Below are positions 21,251 through 30,497 of a stretch of 64,000 bases of DNA, piece by piece. Every line of letters starts with the position of its first letter. Position 1 is the stretch's first letter. This stretch comes from Candidatus Eiseniibacteriota bacterium (GTDB taxonomy: Bacteria; Eisenbacteria; RBG-16-71-46; JABDJR01): assembly GCA_963783375.1 (NCBI GenBank), contig CAWANH010000029.1, positions 1,120,001-1,184,000 on the forward strand, written 5' to 3'. The position numbers and the translations under genes were made by a program. Below the pieces are notes generated by a model. That model saw only the letters and a program-made list of their open reading frames with translations. It had not been told where the DNA came from and did no database searches.

Positions 21251-22159
21251 TCAGCGGGAGAGCCAGGTGAGGTCCAGGCGCATCTCCACGAACCCCGCGG
21301 TCTGGAAGATGTCGTTCCGGAAGCCTTCATAGGTGTGGTCGCTGAACACCTTCACCCCCGCGGCCACGTTGGCGCCCACCGATGTCTGTCCGGAACGGAA
21401 GAGATCGACGCCCGCCCCCACGTAGGGCGTCCAGGAATTCACGAAGTCGCTGTGCACCCAGGACACGTCGCCCCACTCGTCCTCGACGGGGAGGCCGGCG
21501 GCGTAGTCCCAGCGCACGAGTCCGGCCCGGAACCCGGCCAGCGCATAGGGACTGGGGCCGGCCCGGAGCGGCGTCATGTAGAAGCGGAGGCTTCCGCCGG
21601 CGGTGAGCTCCAGCACGTCGGTGAGGCCCTCGGTCAAGAAGCCGGTCTGGCGGACGGAGGCGGCGCCCAGTTCCAGGCCGCCCTGGAGCCTCCGGCCCGT
21701 TCCCTGTTCCACCGCACCGGCCTCGATGGCGATGGAGGTCCACCCGTCGAGCTCGGGGCGATCGCTTCCTCCGCCCCCCCCGCTCAACCGGGCGAAGTAG
21801 GTGGTCGGGGTCGCTTCCTCGTGGTCCCGGGCGCGGTATTCGGGAACGGGACCCTCGGCGTCGTCCACCAGGATCACCACCGTGTCGGGAACGCGGTCGC
21901 GGTTCCGCCGGGTTTCCCGCCCGGCGTGGAGCGCCTTCTTCTTCGGCTTCCCGCGCCGGTCGTCGTCCTTGTGGCGGTCGTCGTCCTGGTGGCGGGCGGA
22001 GCGGGACGCCTCGCGTGATGCGTCGCTCAACAGCGATCCCCCCCGGCGACTGCTGGCGCAACCGGACAGGAGCACGGCGGCCAGCGCGGTCAGAGCCACC
22101 GCTTCGCGGGTTCCGATCAGCCTCGCGTCCAGTCTTGCAATCCATCTGCGGGCTCGCAT
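21251..22159 (-). CDS. Putative lipoprotein with C-terminal outer-membrane beta-barrel-like domain
   Basis: Lipobox LLSGC; alternating amphipathic strands (SPYALAGFRAG, TPYVGAGVDL); GAGGAGG RBS. Confidence 0.7.
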   Translation of the reverse strand: MRARRWIARLDARLIGTREAVALTALAAVLLSGCASSRRGGSLLSDASREASRSARHQDDDRHKDDDRRGKPKKKALHAGRETRRNRDRVPDTVVILVDDAEGPVPEYRARDHEEATPTTYFARLSGGGGGSDRPELDGWTSIAIEAGAVEQGTGRRLQGGLELGAASVRQTGFLTEGLTDVLELTAGGSLRFYMTPLRAGPSPYALAGFRAGLVRWDYAAGLPVEDEWGDVSWVHSDFVNSWTPYVGAGVDLFRSGQTSVGANVAAGVKVFSDHTYEGFRNDIFQTAGFVEMRLDLTWLSR

Positions 22160-22235
22160 CGATACCTCCTCGTTTCGGTTCGGGCGTCGTCCCGCCTCCA
22201 GGGGATCCCGCCGGACCGGTCTGCCCCGCGTTCAA

Positions 22236-22252
22236 GGCAAGTCCGATGCCAA
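22236..22252 (-). promoter_or_regulatory. Putative sigma-54 (-24/-12) promoter
   Basis: Minus strand TTGGCATCGGACTTGCC fits TGGCA-N6-TTGC (GG-N10-GC), ~80 nt upstream of the 22159 start. Confidence 0.6.
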
Positions 22253-22517
22253 GCCGGACCGTCCCCTCTCCTGCGGCAACCTCTTGATTCCAGGGGCCTT
22301 CCATCGACCCGCCCCGGCCGTTCCCGAGCCCGGATGTCGCCCCCGCACCTCAGGTGTGTCGGGGACACCACACGCGCCGGCCTCCCGCGAGCCATGGACA
22401 CCGGCGCCTTGGACTGGGTAGGGTGGGCGGAACCACGGCCCGTCCGCCGGCCGGACGGATTCGGAGAGACATCGGAGACGGGCGACAGGCTGCCGCCCCG
22501 AGAAGGAGGAGTCGGTC

Positions 22518-24095
22518 ATGAGGTGGAAGTCACGATCCGCTCTGGGATGCGTGGTGGGCGCGGTGCTGGCGGCGATCCTGTCGGGGCCGGCCCCCGCCGG
22601 GGCCGCCGACTCCCCCATCCTGCGATTCGACAGCTCCAGCAACATCGAGATCGATCTCCACCGGGTGGTGGAGGATCTCACCCCGCTTCTCGTCCCGCCG
22701 GACCTCGGCGACAGCACCGCGACGGCGGCCGCGGCGTTCCTCGATCTCCTGGGCATTCCCTCCCTCGACCGGCTGACCTACGACACGCGGACCTCGCTCC
22801 AGGATCTGGAGGCGCACCTCGCCGTGACCCTGGATCGCTCCCGGACCACGGGGCTCCTGGGAGCCCTGGCCGACGTCCCTCCCGGCCGGTTCCGCTTCGG
22901 CTCCTACCTCCGGGACGACGAGGTTGCCGCGGTCTTTTCCCGGCCCAACGGCGCCGGGGACCTACGAACCCTGAGCGCGTTCATGAACCGCCCCGACGTT
23001 CAGGATCTCCTTTCCAAGGGCCCGGTGGCGGAACTGACATTCCTCACCCTCTGGCATTCCCAGATCGAGTCCCAGATCCTGCCGCTCCTGAGCGGTGAGC
23101 TGGACGTCGCGGTCCTCACCCCCCGCCCTGACGCCGAGGACCACAACCCCACGGTGATCGTCGCCCTGGGCGTCGAGGACGCGACCGCGTTCCGTGACGA
23201 GCTCCTCGATGCCCTCGGGTCCACGATGGGCACCGACACCGTCGCCCGGATGCGGGCGATGCCCGGTACGAAGGCGGGAGAGTTCACGCTCTATCCCCTG
23301 ATGAACGACTACTTCTACGCCATGGGCCCCGGCTTCTTCGTGGTGGCCGCCGACTCCGCACGGCTGGCCGAGACCGTCGGGCGGAAGGCGCCGGAGAAGG
23401 ACGGTCTCCCGGAAGTTACCGGCCGCACCTACGTTCGGGTGAACGCGGACCTGGCCTTCCCGCTCCTGGCCTCGCTGGGGGACGGCGGCGGTCCGGCCGG
23501 CGCCGGCATGGACAGCGTCCTCGCGGTCCTCCGGACCTCGGCCGGGGGGCGCCTCGGCGTGTTCGAGGTGACCGGCACCGCCGGGTCCAACCGGTTCGAA
23601 CTGAACTTCCACGGCCCCGGCTCCCTCCTGAGCGCGGAGTACGGTTTCCTCGAGGCCGCGATGCGGAGGTCGCTGGAGGCCCGGGCGGCCGGGATGAAGC
23701 TCGGGCGGCTCCGCCAGGCGGTATCCACCGTCGACCAGGCCATGACCGCCTACGGATCCCAGCACGGCGGTCTCTATCCCGAAAAGCTGGAGCAGCTGGT
23801 CGAGGAAGGCTACCTCGCCGCCCTCCCCGATCTCATCCCCACGCCACCGGGCCGGTACGTGGATGGGGGCTACTCCTACATCCCCCTCCGGAACGACGAC
23901 GGCTGGGTGGATGGGTACTTCTACTTCGTCTACGGCGGGGGAAAGGGCACGGGCTACGACGTCTTTACCCCGGACAATTCCGGGACCCCGGCCCACTTCG
24001 AGGTCGCCTCCGACGGCAAGGGAGACGGCGTCCCCGCCTTCGCCTACGACGGATCGGCCGGCGACCAGATCGAGGCCTGGCGACAAGGCCGGTGA
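22518..24095 (+). CDS. Secreted hypothetical protein with a C-terminal pseudopilin/GspG-like segment
   Basis: AGGAGGAG RBS; signal peptide; AMTAYGSQHGGLYPEKLEQLVEEGYL resembles the GspG/pilin A..Y....G.YP..L..L...Y pattern. Confidence 0.7.
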   Translation: MRWKSRSALGCVVGAVLAAILSGPAPAGAADSPILRFDSSSNIEIDLHRVVEDLTPLLVPPDLGDSTATAAAAFLDLLGIPSLDRLTYDTRTSLQDLEAHLAVTLDRSRTTGLLGALADVPPGRFRFGSYLRDDEVAAVFSRPNGAGDLRTLSAFMNRPDVQDLLSKGPVAELTFLTLWHSQIESQILPLLSGELDVAVLTPRPDAEDHNPTVIVALGVEDATAFRDELLDALGSTMGTDTVARMRAMPGTKAGEFTLYPLMNDYFYAMGPGFFVVAADSARLAETVGRKAPEKDGLPEVTGRTYVRVNADLAFPLLASLGDGGGPAGAGMDSVLAVLRTSAGGRLGVFEVTGTAGSNRFELNFHGPGSLLSAEYGFLEAAMRRSLEARAAGMKLGRLRQAVSTVDQAMTAYGSQHGGLYPEKLEQLVEEGYLAALPDLIPTPPGRYVDGGYSYIPLRNDDGWVDGYFYFVYGGGKGTGYDVFTPDNSGTPAHFEVASDGKGDGVPAFAYDGSAGDQIEAWRQGR

Positions 24096-24147
24096 CGCCG
24101 GCCTTTCCCGGAAGCCGGCGGCGGACCGACCGGGGCGATCCTCCGCC

Positions 24148-24938
24148 TCATCGCTCCGCGTCGAGCAGGGCGTAGAGGACCGGCCGGAGCGCGTCCACGT
24201 CGGTTCTGTACTGGGCCAGGACCACCGTCCCGTCCCGATCGATCACGTAGGTCGGATTGGGGGCGGTCCCGTAGGTGCACCACACGGGGTTCACCAACCC
24301 GTCCCGGTTGAGATCGTCGACCAGGTAGAGCTGGTTCCCGGTCACCAGGGACCGGGTGAGACGGGCGTTGGCCAGGCGATCCTCGTAGGTCTTGGCCTGG
24401 GGCACGTCGGAATACTCCAGCTCCCACACCTTTCCGGTGTAGGGGCTGGGCTCGGGGGCGAGTCGGATGCGCCTCGATGACGTAGACGTGCACGAACCGC
24501 ACGTGGTCGGCCAGGGTGGTGCCATCACCCATGGGTTCGGCGGCCAGGGAGTCCAGGGCAGGCACGCTGCCCCGATAGAGCGGTCAGGTGTGGGACCCCA
24601 GGATGAGCAGGACCGGTTCCTCGGCCAGGAGAGCGGACAGGGCGACCGGCCGATCCTCCAGGTCCCGCAAGGGTGAAGTCCACCGCGGTGTCCCCGGCGG
24701 CGAGACCGACGGAGAGGGCGGCCTCGTTCCGCGGCGTGAACTGTCCCACCGGCCAACGGTAGCAGTTGGAATGGATGTCGCCGGAGAGAACCGGAGGGCC
24801 GGGGGGCGGGACTTCTCCTCCACTCCCCGGATCGGAAGGGGCGGCGGCGGGTCCATCCGAACATCCCAGGAACAACAGGAGCAGAAGCGGCAGGACGCCG
24901 CGCGGGCCGTCGGGCAATCTCAGTTCGCGCCTCCTCAT
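24148..24938 (-). CDS. Deiodinase-like (thioredoxin-fold) lipoprotein with probable selenocysteine; two single-base insertions split the frame
   Basis: Reconstructed as LFLGC lipobox...GDTAVDFTL/RDLEDRPVAL...PVLLILGSHT-UGA(24586-24584)-PLYR...YVIEAHP/...LVDD...YGTAPNPTYVIDRDG; extra bases near 24670 and 24463. Confidence 0.8.
24556..24572 (-). promoter_or_regulatory. Bacterial SECIS-like hairpin
   Basis: GGGCAG-CGTGC-CTGCCC begins exactly 11 nt after the in-frame UGA; GU in the apical loop. Confidence 0.7.
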
Positions 24939-25143
24939 ATCATCCCATCCGCACCCCACTCTCCGTTGAGGGCGAACACCGGTGGAGGAGGCTACCCCAT
25001 CCGCGTGTGGAGAACCACGGATTCCCCGTCCCGAAAAATAGATTTGGATCATTTGTAGCGAGAAGAACTGGAATTCGCGATGGATATCGAGACGCCTGGC
25101 ACGGGATTCGAACGCGGAGATTCCAGGACGCCTCCGGCGGGGG

Positions 25144-26286
25144 CTACTGGAGGAGCAGGGTCTTCTGGAAAGCGGTCCGCCCGGCGGCGTTCAGGCGGAT
25201 GTAGTAGAGCCCCGAGGCAGCGGGTTCCCCCCGGTTGTCGGCCCCGTTCCAGGTCACGGTCCGGAGCCCGGAGCGGACGGAGCCGTCGAGCAGAGTGCGG
25301 ATCAGCCGGCCGTCGGCGGAATAGACCGCCATCCGGGCCGCCGTCCCGTCCGGCACCTCGAACGCGATGGCGGTGGAGCCCCGGAAGGGATTGGGGCTCG
25401 CCGGGGCGAGCGCGAAGGGCGCCGACGGCGCCGGCGGGTCCACCCCCACCGTCCCCGGGAGGACCGGCGAGCCCGCGTCCACCCAGGCCGAGTACCAGAG
25501 CCCGGCCACCCGGGAGGAGGCTTTCCAGAGCCAGGTGCGGGTATCGTCGCTCATTTCCTGCCACAGGGCGTCGTAGTAGGCGGTGCTCCGGGTGCTGCCC
25601 CCGGAGACCTGCTTGGCGACCAGGTCCGCGGCGAGGATCTCGGCCACTCCCGGGTACTGGCCGTCGATCCAATCGAACGCGCCTTCCAGAGGGTCGGCGA
25701 CGTAGCTCGCGGGCCCCGGGCCGGGGGCCAGCTCGGCGAGGTGACGCCCGGTCATGTTGCTCTCGTAGCGGGAGTGGATGCCGTCCTGGTCGGTGAGCTG
25801 TCCGTCGTAGTTCTCGGTGTCGTGGAGCGGATTGTGGAGATCCCCCACGTAGTGCCCGATATCCGCGGCCTTGGCCACCGCGGTGGTCCAGTCGTGGGCG
25901 GCGAATGCGTTCACGAGGCTCGCGTAGGTGTCCTCGATCGCCCAGGGCAGTACCCCGTTGCTGTCGACGGTGTACGTCCCGTAGAGAGCCACCGCGGCGT
26001 CGTAATCGTGGGGGAAGGTGCCGGTGAAGAAGCTGTCGTAGCTGTCGATGTCGATATAGTGCCGGATCGATTCTCCGGGGGTGCTGCTCTTCCGCGCGTC
26101 GGCGGCGGTGGAGAGATTCACCAGATCCGTCGACCACTGGGCGAACCCCTGGAACGCGAGGGGAAGATCCTGGATCGCGCCCTGGTTGATCAGCCGGTGG
26201 ACGTCCCCTCCCCACCCCAGGGCGGCCCCGGGGAAGAGGATCAGGGCGGCAAGAACGACGGCGAGGAACGGACGGGGTCGACGCAC
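25144..26286 (-). CDS. Zinc-dependent S1/P1 nuclease / phospholipase C-like protein with FlgD-Ig C-terminal domain
   Basis: Mature N-terminus WGGDVH, HYID, GHYVGDLHNPLH and IHSRYE Zn ligands; PNPF...WNG.D...SGLY tail. Confidence 0.88.
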   Translation of the reverse strand: MRRPRPFLAVVLAALILFPGAALGWGGDVHRLINQGAIQDLPLAFQGFAQWSTDLVNLSTAADARKSSTPGESIRHYIDIDSYDSFFTGTFPHDYDAAVALYGTYTVDSNGVLPWAIEDTYASLVNAFAAHDWTTAVAKAADIGHYVGDLHNPLHDTENYDGQLTDQDGIHSRYESNMTGRHLAELAPGPGPASYVADPLEGAFDWIDGQYPGVAEILAADLVAKQVSGGSTRSTAYYDALWQEMSDDTRTWLWKASSRVAGLWYSAWVDAGSPVLPGTVGVDPPAPSAPFALAPASPNPFRGSTAIAFEVPDGTAARMAVYSADGRLIRTLLDGSVRSGLRTVTWNGADNRGEPAASGLYYIRLNAAGRTAFQKTLLLQ

Positions 26287-26369
26287 CGGGGGCCTCCTTC
26301 AACCACACCCGGACGAGCCGGGATCCACACAATAGTGCGGGGAATATATCACCTCGGAGACGTCACCGG

Positions 26370-27473
26370 TCATTCCGAATCGCGATGACCGCCATCTCCC
26401 CCGCGGATGGGCGCCGTTGTCGGCCGGATGAAGGGCGCGGCCGGCCGGCTACCGGAGACCGCTGGAATTCCGGTACCGCTCTCCGGCGCCCCGTGGTTGG
26501 GCGGACCGTGGAGCGCGACCATCGCCCGATTCAGAAGCCGTTCCATCCGCCACAGCACCTCCTCCAACACCCGCACGTCCCGGCCGAAGGCGATCCGGTG
26601 AACCAGGGGCTTCACCAGGGTCATCCGACGCCGGAGCCCCACGTTGCGGTATCGCAGGCGGAAGTAGCCGTCGGGCGCAAGGTCCCATTTCTTCCGGAGA
26701 TGGTCCAGGCTCGCGGCTTCCCAGATATCGCTCCAGCGCAGCATGAAATAATGCAGATCGTACCACTTCAACGGGGGGCCGGGAACGTAGGTCACCACGG
26801 CGGTCGGTTCGAACCGGATGGTCCCGCCGGCGGCCAGCACGGTCAGGCAGAAGTCCACGTGCTCCCGGGTGGCAAGGAGCCCCTCGTCCAGGGGGCCCAC
26901 GGTGTCGAACAGCGCGGTCCGCACCAGCATGCAGTGGAACTCGGCGAACTCGGTGGGGCCGGCCCGGAATCGGTCCCGGATCTCGGCCACCGGCATGGCG
27001 TGGAAATCCATCCGCTCGAAGACGTGCCGCTCCACCTTGCCGTTCCGTTCCTCCTCGCGGATCCCGGTTTGTCCCCCCGCGGAATGAACGGTCCGTCCCA
27101 CCGGAAGCCCCTGACAGATGAGCGGGGTCACCACGTCCGCCCCGCTCGCCTCCGCGGCCGACACCATGGTGGTGAGCCATCCCGGCGTGACCTGGACGTC
27201 GTTGTCGATGAACACCGTATAGGTTCCGGCCCGCCGAAGGCCCAGGTTCCGGGCACGGTTCGGGGTGAGGTAGGCGCGGGTCCGGATGAGCTTGAAGCCG
27301 CGTTCCCTCGCCGAGGTCTCGAGCCAGGCCCGCACCGGCCACGGGGAGCCCCCGTCCACGTAGATCAACCGGAACGGCATCGCGGTGTGGGCGTAGATGC
27401 TCTCCAACGATTCCCGGGCGTAGCTGAACCGTTCCCGGGGAACGACGACGATGGTCACGTCGGGTTGAGGCAT
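26370..27473 (-). CDS. Glycosyltransferase family 2
   Basis: IVVVP, VDGGS, ARNLG and FIDND (DxD) motifs; EHVDFC acceptor-side motif. Confidence 0.9.
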   Translation of the reverse strand: MPQPDVTIVVVPRERFSYARESLESIYAHTAMPFRLIYVDGGSPWPVRAWLETSARERGFKLIRTRAYLTPNRARNLGLRRAGTYTVFIDNDVQVTPGWLTTMVSAAEASGADVVTPLICQGLPVGRTVHSAGGQTGIREEERNGKVERHVFERMDFHAMPVAEIRDRFRAGPTEFAEFHCMLVRTALFDTVGPLDEGLLATREHVDFCLTVLAAGGTIRFEPTAVVTYVPGPPLKWYDLHYFMLRWSDIWEAASLDHLRKKWDLAPDGYFRLRYRNVGLRRRMTLVKPLVHRIAFGRDVRVLEEVLWRMERLLNRAMVALHGPPNHGAPESGTGIPAVSGSRPAAPFIRPTTAPIRGGDGGHRDSE

Positions 27474-27578
27474 GCATCCTCGCAGGGTTCGGGATTACGG
27501 ACCGAAGGCGGCGGCGCCGGCGGGTCCGATTATGGAGAACGAGGCCCCGGCCCTCAATGGCCCGGCCGGGGACCGGGC

Positions 27579-28922
27579 TCAGCGCCGCCGGCGTCCCCGC
27601 ACCGCAGCCAGCAGCGGCCAGTCGATCGACCCGGCCGAGGGGCGGAGGGCCAGGGTCCGGAACAGAAGGCCCATGACGGGGAATTTGAGCCCCGCCACCC
27701 GGACCAGAAGCACCACCGCTCCCAACCGCGCGAGCCACGACACCGCGAACAGGGCCCGATAGCCGAGCAGCCCGTGGCCCAGGGCCCCGAAGAGCGCGGC
27801 TCCCAAGAGCGACCCTCCCACCGTGGCCATGGAGTTCACCAGATTGTAGGTGGTCAGGAGGCTCGTTCGCTCCTCCTCCCGGATGGTGTCGAAGAGGAGC
27901 AGGAACGAAGCGAACTCGTAGAAGGCCCAGAGGACACCGGAAGCCACCTGGAGAACCAGAAGATAGCTGAAGGACCGGGACACCATCCAGAACAGGGGGA
28001 TGGCCATGATGCCCAGACCCCCGACCCGGAGCAGGGCCATCGCGCCCACCCGCCGGGCCAGGCCTCCGAGACCGGTCAGGACGGCGATCTTGGCCGCGAA
28101 GGACGCCCCGATCAGGAACATGTAGGCGGTATAGGAGAACCCGATCTCCTGCAGCATGTAGGGGGTGAAGTAGGGGCTGGCGATAGCCACCGAGGCGGTG
28201 AGGACGATCATGTAGCCCAGGAGCTTCCCTCCCGCGGCGTGGCGGAATCGCCCCAGGAGGTCGCGACCCACCACCAGCCTTTCCCCGGTCAGGGGAGGTC
28301 GGGACTCGCTCTGCCGGGAGACGCGGCGGTAGGAAAGATACCGGGCGCCGCCGGCCAAAAGAAAGATCACCGCGAACCCCAGGAGCGGAGCCCCGAGCTT
28401 CGAGGCCAGCTCGAGGATGGCTCCCCCGGCCAACAGGGCCAAGAGGCTCCCGAGCTGGATGGCCCAGGTTCGCCGCGCCCAGTACCGGGTCCGCACCATC
28501 CTCGGCACGAGCTGGCCCACCCAGACGTTCCAGGCCGGGCCGGCAGCGAGCCCCGCCCCCCAGTAGAGCGAGGCGGCGGCGAACAAGGCGAGGACGGAAA
28601 TCCTTCCCATCGCCGCCGCTCCGATGAAGGGGAGGAAGGCCGCGGCCTGCACGAAAGCGCACGCCGCCACCCAACGGCGGCGGGAACGGAGCCGGGTGAC
28701 CCCCCAGGGAGTGACCAGCTGGAGCACGCCTCCGGCCAGGAGGGGCACGGTGGAGATGAGGCCGGCCGGCACCGCACCCATGCCCAGGGCAAGCACGAAC
28801 GCGGCGAAGTAGGTCTCGCCGAGGCCGACCATGGCGCTCCAGGCCACGCCCTCCTGGAAGATCAGTCGGAGGTCGCGACGGGGCCGTGACGCCACGACGG
28901 GCTCCCCGGCGGCGGCGGTCAT
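27579..28922 (-). CDS. MFS transporter
   Basis: About 12 hydrophobic segments with MFS-like loop motifs. Confidence 0.85.
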   Translation of the reverse strand: MTAAAGEPVVASRPRRDLRLIFQEGVAWSAMVGLGETYFAAFVLALGMGAVPAGLISTVPLLAGGVLQLVTPWGVTRLRSRRRWVAACAFVQAAAFLPFIGAAAMGRISVLALFAAASLYWGAGLAAGPAWNVWVGQLVPRMVRTRYWARRTWAIQLGSLLALLAGGAILELASKLGAPLLGFAVIFLLAGGARYLSYRRVSRQSESRPPLTGERLVVGRDLLGRFRHAAGGKLLGYMIVLTASVAIASPYFTPYMLQEIGFSYTAYMFLIGASFAAKIAVLTGLGGLARRVGAMALLRVGGLGIMAIPLFWMVSRSFSYLLVLQVASGVLWAFYEFASFLLLFDTIREEERTSLLTTYNLVNSMATVGGSLLGAALFGALGHGLLGYRALFAVSWLARLGAVVLLVRVAGLKFPVMGLLFRTLALRPSAGSIDWPLLAAVRGRRRR

Positions 28923-28964
28923 CTGACGGAGCGGAGCCGGGTCGCCCGGGACCGCGCCGATCGT

Positions 28965-30152
28965 CTAGGACGAGGCGGCATAGATCTCCCGGGCGGCGGC
29001 GGCGCCGACCCCGGGACGATACGGGGCCCCGACCCCTCCCAGGACGGTGTCCAGGGCGCTCAGGCAGGTGAGCACGTTGACCCGGCTGGCCGCTGCGCCC
29101 ATGAGCCCGATCCGCCAGACCTTGCCGGCGAAGTCCCCCAGACCGGCGCCGATCTCCAGCCCGTGCTCCACCCGGAGCCGGGTCCGCACCTCGGCCTCGT
29201 CCACTCCCGCCGGCACCTTGACCGGGTTGAGCTGAGGGGTTCGGATCGGCTCGTCGACCAGCAACTCCAGCCCCATCGCGGTCAACCCGGCTTTCAGGGC
29301 CTCGTGGTGGAGCCGGTGGCGCGTCCAGCACGGCTCCAGACCCTCCTCGGTCAGCATGACCAGGGCCTCGTGAAGTCCGTAGAGGGCGTTGCTGGGTGCG
29401 GTGTGGTGGTAGGCACGGCGCCCGGCTCCGCTCCAGTAGGACGTGAGGAGCCCCATGTCCATGAACCAGCTATGCACCGGGATCCGGCGGTTCTTGATCC
29501 GGTCCACCGCCCGCGGGCTCATGGTGATCGGGGAAAGACCGGGAGGGGCGGAAAGGCACTTCTGGCCCGCCGCGAACACCGCGTCCAGCCCCCACTCGTC
29601 GGTCAGGACCGGGGTCCCCACCAGGGAGGTCACCGCATCCACGATGGTGTAGGCGTCGTGGCGGCGGGCGATTCCGGCCAGCTCGGCCGCGTCGGAGAGC
29701 ACCCCGGTCGAGGTCTCGGCGTGGACGAAGGTCACCACCTTGGCCTTGGGATGGGCGGCCAGCGCCGCCTCCACCTGGGCGGGGTCGATCGCCCGGCCCC
29801 AGGGGGCCTCCACCATCACCGGAACGCCGCCGGCGCGCTCGACCATGAGGTGCATGCGGTTGGAGAAGTAGCCGTTCCGGCACACCACGACCTCGTCTCC
29901 GGGCTCCACCAGGTTCACGATGCAGGCTTCCATGCCCGCCGAGCCGGGACCGGAGAAGGGAAAGGTGAGCTCGTTCCGGGTCCGGAAGGCGTAACGCAAG
30001 AGCTCTTTCACGCCGTCCATGAACTCACCGAACTCGGGATCGAGATGGCCGAGGGTGGGGTGGGCCATGGCCTGCCGGACCCGCGCCGGTACGTCGGACG
30101 GGCCCGCCCCCATGAGAATGCGGCGGGACGGATGAAACGATCGGGTCTCCAT
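28965..30152 (-). CDS. Class V PLP aminotransferase (alanine/serine-glyoxylate aminotransferase family)
   Basis: [28 protein letters not shown] (PLP lysine), YHHT and WRIGLMG motifs. Confidence 0.94.
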   Translation of the reverse strand: METRSFHPSRRILMGAGPSDVPARVRQAMAHPTLGHLDPEFGEFMDGVKELLRYAFRTRNELTFPFSGPGSAGMEACIVNLVEPGDEVVVCRNGYFSNRMHLMVERAGGVPVMVEAPWGRAIDPAQVEAALAAHPKAKVVTFVHAETSTGVLSDAAELAGIARRHDAYTIVDAVTSLVGTPVLTDEWGLDAVFAAGQKCLSAPPGLSPITMSPRAVDRIKNRRIPVHSWFMDMGLLTSYWSGAGRRAYHHTAPSNALYGLHEALVMLTEEGLEPCWTRHRLHHEALKAGLTAMGLELLVDEPIRTPQLNPVKVPAGVDEAEVRTRLRVEHGLEIGAGLGDFAGKVWRIGLMGAAASRVNVLTCLSALDTVLGGVGAPYRPGVGAAAAREIYAASS

Positions 30153-30303
30153 GACGTCTTGCTCCTTGTCGAAATGTCCGGCGGCACGGCCCGGGGGACG
30201 GCGCGTGCCGGATGCGCCGGTAAATGTCGCATCCCGGTCGGGAAATTTCCAGCGCGGAGCGCGCGGGGGGTCCGGGGGATTTCCCCCGAATCAGGAGCTG
30301 ACG

Positions 30304-30384
30304 TGGGGCCCGAACGGGGGGCTTCACCCACCTCCGCGGCACGGGCTGCAGGTCCGTAATGCCTTGGCCGCCTGCTAGTTCGCC
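30304..30384 (-). pseudogene. Possible degenerate tRNA-like sequence (Cys-like)
   Basis: Minus strand GGCGAAC-TA-GC...GGCCAAGGCA...ACGG-ACCTGCAGC-CCGT...GGTGG-GTGAAGC-CCCCC-GTTCGGG-CCCCA; 5 of 7 acceptor pairs; T-loop decayed. Confidence 0.35.
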
Positions 30385-30497
30385 CGCCAGCGGCACTTGC
30401 GCCGCGGAACCCGCATCCCACTTTCTGGTACACTTGTTGCGTTCACTGCAACCAGATGCACGCATTTCTTGCGCTCAAACCCATGGGTACCCCCACC

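Noticed and set aside
24584-24586. Genome-wide UGA recoding
   Set aside because: Many neighbouring genes end normally at TGA; only this codon has a Sec-type motif and SECIS-like hairpin.
25093-25115. tRNA fragment or sigma-54 site (TGGCACGGGATTCGAAC)
   Set aside because: No cloverleaf context, and the -12 TTGC element is missing.
30160-30450. Glycine riboswitch upstream of the aminotransferase
   Set aside because: No GGAGA...CCGAAG...CTCTCAGG aptamer core was found on the minus strand.
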